Shown here: positions 49,758 to 60,116 of the stretch, in pieces | Numbering within the stretch: the stretch's first letter is position 1 | How the letters are laid out: each line of letters begins with the position of its first letter | Assembly: GCF_026571515.1 (NCBI RefSeq) | Contig: NW_026861937.1 | Location: 1-64,000, forward strand | Length of the DNA stretch: 64,000 nt | Direction of reading: 5' to 3' | From: Ruditapes philippinarum | Lineage: Eukaryota | Made by a program: the position numbers and the translations under genes | Notes under the pieces: generated by a model | Told to the model about the DNA's origin: nothing | Databases searched by the model: none | What the model saw: the letters and a program-made list of their open reading frames with translations, nothing else

Positions 49758-51851
49758 ATGTCGAGAATACCAGATTACGCTCACAATTTGTCACTTAGAA
49801 TGTCTCAAGTGATGGATGGGATTGGTGTTAGTGAAAAGATAATGATGAAAAGAAGAAGATTAATGCTACTGAATGAATCACTATTTACGTTAACTCATCA
49901 GCTTCTCGGTAAAGATAGGAATGTGTTCTTTTTCGGTAGTCAAATAGAAGGTACAACAACTATAGGATTAAATTCTGACTTAGATTGCCTTATATCTATG
50001 AACAATTATAATGTGATACAAGACTGGAGTGAATGGGAATATGGTAAACATAATTTGTTGATGATACAAGATGAGTATGTCTCACCAGGGTATTGTTTGT
50101 TACAAGAGTTAAGAGATGATGCTCCATTACCACTCGTAGTTGAAGTTAATGACAATTCATATAGGGACAGAATGGGGAGAATATTGTTAAAAAATACAAT
50201 GTTTAATGTTTTAGAAAATGCAGTAAGAAACGGTCCTGCTCAATCTGTTCGAGATGTTCCTGGAGTCGAAGATAATGATTACGTTCTTGCCTTTCCTTGT
50301 CACGAAAGACCAGTTCAAGCAGGGCATTGGCTAAATCAACATAGAGAAGAGCATTGGCCAACAAATGATATAGTACAGTACTGTAGAAACACGCGATGTT
50401 TTGTTGTTGGCGTTGGAAAATCAGGAAGTGTAAATGAACTACTTGAATGGAGAATATCCACATCATTTGCAGAGAGATATTTAATGTTTAATCTTAACAT
50501 AACACAAATCAGATGTTATGTTTTGATGAAAATGATTTTGAAAACATTTATAACTCTAAGATTTCCCGACAACATTTCAAGTTTCATGTGTAAAACAGTT
50601 TTGTTACATTGTATTTCATATACTAGATCTGACGCATGGAAAGAAATTACCCTCTTTATTTGTCTATCATTTTGTTTATCAACACTGTACAACTGTGTTC
50701 AAAATGAATACTGTCCTCATTTCTTCATCACACAAAACAACTTGATGAGTGGACGTTTTCTCCCGGAAACAAAGCCGTTAATACTTGAAAATCTTCGATA
50801 TGTAATCGAAAGTGATGGAAGGGCATTACTTGAAATTAAATGCGACAACATTGATAAATATCTACAGTCCAGTTTAAATGGTTTTGAACCAATTCATCCA
50901 CATTTTATACCAACTCTCATTGCCGGGCAATTACTAAAATATATTACCCGTGATATAAGCTCATTCTTCAAATGTCTGTTAAGTGAAATGAACGATTTGT
51001 CACCAAGACTTGCGATGCAAAAACTTTTAACATTTATGTCATATCACCATATTGAGAATTACACAAACATAGATAGAAAAGCTTACCGTTTGATAACACG
51101 ATATTTATGTAGTTCACGTGGGTCTATTCTATCATCTTCAAATATTAACCAACAAGACCATTTAACATACAAAAAGGCTCTTGAATTCCTGTCATTAGGA
51201 CTTGACTCCGATGTAGCATCTGGTAAACTGAAACTAGCATCTTTTTTCTATTGTACCGGAGATATTGAGAGGACTGAACTTATCCTGAAAAATATTGAGG
51301 AGTGTTATGATTTAAGTGTTGTTGAACCGATATGTTGGTGTTACAGTTTCAAACACTATTCAATAAGAGACAAATTCAAAGGATTATGTTATGAATCAAA
51401 CGAAGAATGCAGACTGTTTAAACATATAACAGCATCATGTGTCTATTTTATACGATGTGAAAGAAACTGTTGTCCATTAGAACTTCAACATGAAATGTTT
51501 AGATCAACACAGGAAGACCATGCTTACAGAAGTAGAGATGATAAATGGATGAACATGGCTGTTGTAGATTCTCTCCCTTACCTCTACTTCTTGCAGTACA
51601 AGACATATTCCCGACTAGGAAGACAAGATGATAAACAGAGGGCTCTCAATAACATTGCCAGAACCATGGATGTTGAACCAAATCTCGGACATAGGGACAC
51701 AGCACTCAATCTTCTCGGCCAGTGTATGGAAGAAGAGAATAATATAGAAAATGCTTTCAAATGTTATGCGCGTTCCCTTCAGATAAGAGGACGAAATAAT
51801 TCGGCAAAATTCCATATTTGTAAGCTGTTACACAAATTGATCAATAACTAG
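49758..51851 (+). CDS. cGLR copy 6, 697 aa, type-A tail
   Basis: FGSQIEGTTTIGLNSDLD, DNDYV, EWRISTSFAER, SSFMCKT. The C-terminal ~90 aa are nearly identical to copy 1. Confidence 0.9.
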   Translation: MSRIPDYAHNLSLRMSQVMDGIGVSEKIMMKRRRLMLLNESLFTLTHQLLGKDRNVFFFGSQIEGTTTIGLNSDLDCLISMNNYNVIQDWSEWEYGKHNLLMIQDEYVSPGYCLLQELRDDAPLPLVVEVNDNSYRDRMGRILLKNTMFNVLENAVRNGPAQSVRDVPGVEDNDYVLAFPCHERPVQAGHWLNQHREEHWPTNDIVQYCRNTRCFVVGVGKSGSVNELLEWRISTSFAERYLMFNLNITQIRCYVLMKMILKTFITLRFPDNISSFMCKTVLLHCISYTRSDAWKEITLFICLSFCLSTLYNCVQNEYCPHFFITQNNLMSGRFLPETKPLILENLRYVIESDGRALLEIKCDNIDKYLQSSLNGFEPIHPHFIPTLIAGQLLKYITRDISSFFKCLLSEMNDLSPRLAMQKLLTFMSYHHIENYTNIDRKAYRLITRYLCSSRGSILSSSNINQQDHLTYKKALEFLSLGLDSDVASGKLKLASFFYCTGDIERTELILKNIEECYDLSVVEPICWCYSFKHYSIRDKFKGLCYESNEECRLFKHITASCVYFIRCERNCCPLELQHEMFRSTQEDHAYRSRDDKWMNMAVVDSLPYLYFLQYKTYSRLGRQDDKQRALNNIARTMDVEPNLGHRDTALNLLGQCMEEENNIENAFKCYARSLQIRGRNNSAKFHICKLLHKLINN

Positions 51852-53844
51852 TATTCACATTCTTTGCAAGAAAAGAATTATTGTATCATCATCAATCAAA
51901 AGGATAAAGTACTCTACATTTTGAAACAGTGTTTAGATAATAAAAAACATGTTGAAATAAGGATATGTTTTACTTTTAACTGTTTGTATGATACATGTTG
52001 AACTTTATAATTGTGATTTTAAAATTTTATTTAAATTGCTTTGTGTATGAAGAAAATCCTCGAACTTCGCTGCAATCATTAATACACATACAAAGGACAC
52101 TCTCCTTTTTAAATCAAACAATTAGAAGGATTTTTGAAACATTGCAGTTGTACGCTGTATACATGTTTGTTCATTTTTTACATCAGATAATTGAGCATAG
52201 TGAGTGTCACAATATATAAACGTATTGAGCGTAATGCGATAAAATATATTATTAGATTTAATTTGTTTCTATGATATAGTTACGCTGACTGTTATAGTGT
52301 ATGGATTTATAATTTCTAAATGCCTTACGTGTTGTAAGATCGAGACCGCGTATGTCAAGTTATTTTTTCTCTTATTTATTACTTTTTTCAAATTTTTGAA
52401 GCTATGGTTGTGCTTTTTGTTTTTGATATGTTTTGCACTTATTTTGTAAATATTATCTTTTTTTTTGATAACATTGTTTAAGATTTACTATTCAAAATTC
52501 AAATTTAACTTTCTGATTAAAATCAAAACATGTCATTTTAGTGCCGTAAATCACAATACAAAACGAGACAATTCCGTGCTTGAAGTTGTTTCATATCCAT
52601 GTGGATAATTTTGTAAGTGTTTGGCCATAAAAATAAAGAAAGAATATGATTTTAAACAATAGCAAAAGATGAGATCGAACCACATACCTTTCGTATATAT
52701 ATTAGGTAATCACTTAACCGACTGTGCTATTCCTTAACAAGACTGGTAAATGTCAATACATATAACTTATATAATTTCAATTTTCTCCCTCACAAGCACA
52801 TTTTTTTCGCACTTTCATGGCGTCATTAAATGTTAAAATAGTTGTTTTAGTTTATATAGCAAATAAATTTAAATTATCGAGAGTATCAATTAGCTACGGT
52901 ATTTTTAGACCGACATAATTCATACTTTCTAATTATACATTTAAATGCTTATATAGATATTTATCCGTGTACATGGGCTTATTGTACATTTCAAAATGAA
53001 TTTATAAAATATTCCAGTATGATAAAGGGAAAGTAATGGTATTTAAGTTCATAAGGAATAAACGAAAATGTTTCCTCCCTTTTAAATCATTTTAATTTCC
53101 TGATTTAAGCAAAATGTTCTACTTTTGGTTTCCTTTTTTATTTGTCGATGATTTACCTCGAATCTAGAAATAAGATAATGGATTATTCTTATTTTACTTC
53201 AAATAACATAAGGCATAAATCTTAATTGAAAAATATTTTACACAAAATACGTATACAGGTTTTATGATTTCTTCTTATTTAAAGTTTTCTAGTATTAAAG
53301 GTTTTTGAATTCATAGAACAATAAAAATATTGCATTCAAAAGCTAATATATGCGTATTTTCTATAAAATTGTATCCTTAATGTTTCTATACGTCGAAGAA
53401 AATACGAGAATTAAAATCATAAATTTCTATACATCAACCAGATTGCAAACTGTCCATACATGCATACATAAATTTATTTATAGAGTACCGAACCCCTGTA
53501 CTGAAGGACATCTCCTTTCGCTTTAAACGTTTTAATTATTTTTGCGTCTTTTGATTTTCATAATAAGTTTATTTTCATAACAAGTCAATTTCCGTCATCT
53601 GAAGTTTCTGTTATCTACGGGTATATACAATAGTCTAAACTTAAACTTATTCATAACTTTCTATGAAATGTAGTGCATTTATTGTAGGATATACATATAC
53701 ATATACATTTCTTAAACGATTTAAAACCAGTAGCTTTTCGTGACACAAGCGGTTTTCCCAAGAAGCTACTTTGTAGAAAAATTTAATACTAACAGAAGAT
53801 GCGCATATTACTTGAGTTAAAGCCCCCGATTAGGTATGTTTTTA

Positions 53845-54057
53845 TTTTATTTTTTGTTTCATTTAACGCCTTTTCCTAACAGTATTTCAGTCATATAGGC
53901 GGGTAGTTTCCTAACCATCGTTCCTGGAGAGTTACACCAGTACTAGACTACCTTCCTCCGTGCTAAACTACCAAAACATCTCCGGGGGATCCAACCAACG
54001 CCAGAGAGGTAACTGAATTAGAAGTCATCGACTCAAACCTCTCGACCACGAAGGCGG
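53845..54057 (-). mobile_element. Degenerate tRNA-derived SINE
   Basis: Minus-strand A-box-like TGGTCGAGAGG and B-box-like GGTTGGATCC. The 3' part TTTAACGCC...AACAGTATTTCAGTCATATA (plus strand) with a T-rich tail resembles mollusc SINEs. Confidence 0.5.
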
Positions 54058-55034
54058 TAGGTATGTTGTATAGAGAACATAAAAACAATTTCAACACTAT
54101 TTCTTTGCAGTTGCTGACTGATTTTACCACAGCTAAGTCTTTCTAGAAATCATTCAATCGCATATCCTCCACATATCATAGTATCACCATTCAACACATT
54201 CAGATGTTATAGTTCCTGATTATTATTTTTTCTCAATTTTTGTATAGAGTAAAATTTGTTCTTGCGCTATTTCTCGGCTACATCTTGCTGAAATTCAACG
54301 AAATTTATGGGAACAATAAACATGAAAGACAGATATACATAACATTTACCTTAATTTCGAATTTTATGTTATATTAGCTCTATACAAAATTTTACTATAC
54401 TACTTAAGTTCTGATGAACTTAATCCCTTAGGACTGTGTTACTTGTTTTGCATTTAAATTAAACAAAAATTACAATTTCATTTTTAATTCTCACTTGTCG
54501 AGCAATAATATTCTTGTGTCCTTGAATATTGTTAGCTCTGCCTAGATAAAGGCAGTCATTTTCATTCACACTTGCTTTTAATTTACTACCTATTCAGTTA
54601 TCTACAATATTACCTGCTAAATTTTCGAGTGATTTCGTATGAAAGGAATATGTCAAGTACTTAAGAAATGTTGTGCCTAATGTTTTACCGATATTTATTT
54701 GTTCTTGTATGCGTGTGTTCTTTTGATATTTTGTAAGTTCATATAGTTCATTCATTTATGAATGCATTTATTCATTAATTCATTCATTTATTTTTTCATT
54801 TTGATATTTAGTGTACTCATTTTTTTCACGCATACACAAAAGCATCGTAAATAAAATTATTTCTAAGATTTCTAAACAAATTTTAAATAACGGCTCAGTA
54901 CATCTCAGTTCTGTTTGTATGCGGAATTACACCGATGCGAAGCTAAAACATTTAATTACAATAATTCACGAAAAGTAACTTATAAGTGTAACGGGCAGTT
55001 GAGGGTAATTTTCTTAATCTACTTTTCCACATTC

Positions 55035-56203
55035 TTTATTATGCTCCCCAAAAAAATTCGTTGGAGCATACAGTCGTCGGGTTTTCCGTCCGTCAGTCAG
55101 TCAGTCCGTCCGTACGTCCCGATTTCGTGTCCGGCCCATACCTTATTATCATTTGAAGTCGGATTTTACAACTATTTCACAGAAATGATCACTATATTAA
55201 AACGACATGTCGTGCGCAGCATTTGGGTCGCTAACTTGAAGGTCAATGTCACAGCATGACCATGCAGTAAAATCGTGTCCGACCCATAACTTTGTTATTT
55301 GACGTAAGATTTTACAACTATATCACAGAAATGATCACCATATTTAGGCGATATGTTGCACGCAACATTTAGGTCGCTACATTGAAGGTCAAGGTAACAG
55401 CATGACCTTGCAGCAAAATTATTTCTGGCCCATAACTTTGTTATTTTAAGTCGGATTTTACAACTATTTCACAGAAGTGATCACCAATTTAACACAACAT
55501 TTTGGTCCCTACCTTGAAGGTCAAGGTGACAGCATGACTTTGCAGCGAAATCGTCTCCGGCCAATAACTTCGTTATTTCAAATTGGATTTTACAACAATT
55601 TAACAGAAATGATCACCATATTAAGATGACATGTCGCACGCAACATTTTGGTGGCTACCTTAAAGGTCAAAGTCACATCATGACCTTGCAGCAAAATCAT
55701 GTCCAGCCCATAACTTTGTTATTTGAAGTCGGATTTTACAACTATTTCACAGAAGTGATCACCAATTTGAGACGCCGTGTTGCGTTCAAATTTGGGTCGC
55801 TAACTTGAAGGTCAAGTACACAGCATTACCTTTCAGCAAAATCGTGTCCGGCCAATAACTTTGTTATTTGTAGTTGGATTTTACAACTATTTCACAAAAA
55901 TGATCACCATAATGAGACGACGTGTCGCACAAAACATTTGTAGGGCTACCTTGAAGGTCAAGGTCACAGCATTACCTTGCAGCAAAATCGTGTCCGGCCC
56001 AAAACTTCGTAATTTCAAGTCAGATTTTATAACTATTTCACAGAAAATGATCACCAAATTGATACGATGTATCGCGCGCAACGTTTGGGTTGTTTGTTCA
56101 TTTTGAACTTTGTCTGTGACATAACTGACACTACAAGAGGTATACCAGATTCCTGTGTCCAAAATCTATTCTGGGAGCATCACCCGTTTCAATCAGTATT
56201 TTG
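55035..56203 (+). mobile_element. HINE/Helentron-type element carrying ~7 units of a 146-bp satellite
   Basis: ATGCTCCC (55041) with local inverted copy GGAGCATA (55063), (GTCC/GTCA)n microsatellite, 146-bp units (55133, 55281, 55427, 55559, 55705, 55850, 55996) containing TTGAAGGTCAAGGTCAC, and 3' subTIR GGGAGCAT at 56173. Confidence 0.85.
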
Positions 56204-56414
56204 TAAAAATATACATATTGTTCCAACACAATATGTAACAATAAGATATACTTATTCAAATTCTATAAAGCGTTTGTAACAGTCAAGCAGTTTCATATCA
56301 TTAATCATAAAACGATAAACATGTTTTTTTTAAATGAATTTTGAAAAACGTCTGAAACGTTTACATTATATTTGTATCTCAACTGTAATTGATTTAAGAA
56401 GCATTTAATATTAA

Positions 56415-57199
56415 GGTAGTACACCCCTAATGGGCACTATAAGGAACTGTAAAATTGACAACATAGGACAGTTATATGCCTTAAATGTCACCTGTATGCA
56501 AAATTTAAACAAAATTTACCGTGGTTTAGGAGTTGTTGACATTTTTTGGAACTAAAACTTTGCCATAAGAAGGGCCTTTTTTCAGAAATAAGGAAACTCT
56601 AAATAATCTATAATAACATCATTATGAAAAATGTTTTCCTACTGCTCATTGTTAAGAAACAAATAATGACATTTAGGTAACAAATTAAACAAGCAAGCAG
56701 ATTGTTTTTAAACAAAATGTTTTTAACCTGTAAAAAATGTAACCCCACCCCATCCTGTTTTAACACTTATTTGACAATTTCCCTGTGTAAAAAGCCTTAT
56801 TTAAAATATCCCTTAACTGTTCAACAATGAGGGGCTGTTTTCAACGTTTGCCTAAATTTTCTTAGATATATATGGTGGTCTTGCAAAATATAAAATACTT
56901 TTACCGTGTAGTTTTTATTTTATTAAACTTTGAAAATATCTGGTATCATATTTGCTATTAAAGTTGGCATTATTCTGTAAATAAATACCTACAAAAAATA
57001 TGTAATTAAATTGAAACACTTTTTCTTCCATTAGGGATCTGAGAAATTAATAAAAAGTGTTAAAAAGAAAAAAAGAAAGTAAAAAAATTGCCACTTCTGG
57101 GGTCGAACCCACGCCCCTCAGTTTCAATACACTTTAAAGTGATTCTAGCCTATTTGAATACTCTTTAAAGTAGAGATAGTGCATTAGGGGTGTACTACC
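56415..57199. mobile_element. Kolobok-type MITE (785 bp), TTAA TSD
   Basis: Perfect 18-bp TIR GGTAGTACACCCCTAATG / CATTAGGGGTGTACTACC flanked by TTAA on both sides. RR...YY termini fit Kolobok rather than piggyBac. Confidence 0.85.
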
Positions 57200-59827
57200 T
57201 TAAGAGGGCTTAATGGTATTGTGGATAGTGTTATATATACTCGTATACATGTATCTATCTTAAATAACATACACGAAAGATATCCGTTTTATATCATTTT
57301 TTTGATTAATCCTACTTTCTTTTTTCTGTACTTACCTACCTACCAACTCACCTGTCACACTTTACACAGATTTTCTTTACCTTACTTAATTAACTAATTT
57401 AAATACCGTAACTAACTAACTAATTTACTATTATAATAGTATTATTGTGCTTTCCTTGCTGCTTGTCTGCATATTATTATTTATTCTCATATGTGTTGAA
57501 TATATGTACTTGTACCGTACATGTTGTTTAAATATCTATGTAATTTATACCGAAATTAATCTATTTATCTATGGAAAAATGCCAAGTGTCTGTTTACTTA
57601 AAACTTCACTGATATCGGTGAATAAAACATGTCAAAAACAATTTCACAAACTTGTGATAAATGATTTTGATTATACAGAATGTTTGCTTAAGATTCATTA
57701 CGAACATTTATAAAGGAAGTCAAAGAAACCCAATGCACTTAATGTGAGTTTAAAGCAATACATTCCTTTTTTTAACGCAGTTATCTTTTTGAAAAACATT
57801 CGTAATCCATCGCAATTGCTATGCTAAATGACGTCGATATTTTCTAGAAAAGGTCCATAAACTGATAGATGAGCTAAAACTATGTAAATGTTTAATTTTA
57901 TATGTGTTTTGAAAATTAAAATATTTATAAACTTTATATTGTTCCAAATGGGAATATTTTACACATTCGTTACCAAAATTAAGTACTTTTGACAAGACCT
58001 TCAAGTATATCAGAATAAACTTAACCTTTTTTATTCATACATGACCATGACCTTCAGTGTCAAATTTTTCAGTTTGCTTGAAATTATTTTCTATAACAGA
58101 CTTAAGCTTTCATATTTATAGATGGGTTGTCTTTGTACTTGGAAACAATAAATGAATAAAACAAAAAACAACAAAAAAAAAACGTAGTTTATTTTAACTT
58201 TTATTTGACCTTGACATTTTAGGTCAAAAAGTGAATTTCGATGAACTGACCAAGTCTTATTTGTGGATTTGATTTGTGATTGAACTAAGAACATTTAAAA
58301 TATAGTGTTATGCATCTTATAAGTGTGCAAATATGACACCACACCGGGGTCACTTATTTGTATATGAAAATATATTTAAGTCGCTTTTGTTTTTCTCAGC
58401 TGTTTGAATGGACACTGCTGTGAATTTTTGATATTCTACTTATTGTATTAATTTTGTATTCAAACACTTTCTTGCGAGATTTCAGATCATTTTTACACCC
58501 TCAATTTCCAGACGTATCTTTTGTTTTGTTACAACGATTCAAAAATCAAAAAGCATTTAGAGTAAAGGTTAGTGATACATGTAAGAATTTACAAATTAAA
58601 AGTGGTCAAGAACGGCGCAACATTAATCAATTAAGTGGTTAATATCATTTTTATAAACTGTCGATTAATAACACTGATTAAATTTAGCCGATTTACCAAA
58701 ATAAAGATGAGCAGGAGCATTTGAACCCAAATTAAGTTTAAAGCGTTTTGCTATAATCATGCAAGGGATTTCTTTATTTTAACACGTATGGAGACAGATT
58801 TAAGAACGAGGACTTCGTGAACCTTGAAAATCAAGATGTTGGCGGAATGCATACAAAGTATGTTTTCATGTATGAATTTATGTGCTTTTGTTTAAATTTG
58901 CAATTTAACGTTTTAAAATGCAATTCGATATAATTAATCAACATCATAGAAGGCGGCTTATGTCTGACGAGCTAAATATGGGAGTATTAATGTTGCATAC
59001 AGGCATGTCTCAGTGGCAGGTTGTCTGCGCCTTTGTGTGTGTCTCACAGTTAAATAAAACTCTTGCACATAACAGATATATTGTTGAGTCGGTCCGGCGA
59101 TATAGTTTCCGGGAAAGTATGCCTAATTTATTAAGAAACAGCTTGCAGGAATATACGAGAACAATAACACAATAAGGAATATATCACGTGATGCTGGTAT
59201 GAATGCTAGCCGTCCTGACAAATAAGAGACGAAATAAGCTATATTGTGAAATAAAAGAAAAATGTCGTCATAAATGAGACATTGTTCTTAGACATGATAT
59301 TTTAGTATTACATAATTTTTATTTTCCATGCATCTCATAACATTTAATTTGTAGAACCACAGAACGATTTATTGAACTTTTTTCTAGCTTCATTGTTCAC
59401 ATCATACTTATATGAGTAATCCAAGAATGATCACTACCAAATTTGACAAAATGTATTATTACCAATGAAGTGTAGTTAAATTATTTATAATAAAATCATT
59501 AAAGATCTGAATTCTTTGTCAAAATGATAAGAATCATTTTAATTTAATTGTTTTTTTATATGAAAGTTCAAAGTAAAATACATGTATAAGTAAGAGAAAT
59601 ATTTAAGAAATAGATTTGAAGTCTCTTTATTTTTAGCATCCAACAATTATAATTTCATCCTCTGAAAATAGCCACCATAGAGCGATTATTACTTTTGAAT
59701 TGTCTATATAAGGTTAAGTTAACAAGTAAGATTTAATTTACAAGTAAGGTTTAATTTCACCTAAATTTAGTACTTTATTGATTCATTATTTAGTATCATT
59801 CAACCTGTCCAATTAAGGTGTAAAGCA

Positions 59828-59853
59828 TTGGAAATTCCAACTTTCGTTTTCGT
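59828..59853 (+). promoter_or_regulatory. Composite NF-kB + IRF motif, copy 7
   Basis: TTGGAAATTCCAACTTTCGTTTTCGT, followed by an AAG|GTAAAT donor at 59876. Confidence 0.6.
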
Positions 59854-60116
59854 TTTGTACAATATTCAATTTAAGGTAAATGTAAATAACTTTATTTCCC
59901 TTTTTATTTGAAATTTTAAGCTTTTATAAATAGTTAAATCATTTATAAACTTTACACTTTATAAATACATTGTTTTAATGTGTCACTTTCGTGTTTGATA
60001 GGACTTAATTTCAAAGTATTAATTGATCTTATTTATCGTAAAAATTATGTTCTAAAGTATTGAATTAAAATCTTAAAAACTTTTTATTTTTAAATAATTT
60101 TCTGTTTTATTTTAGC

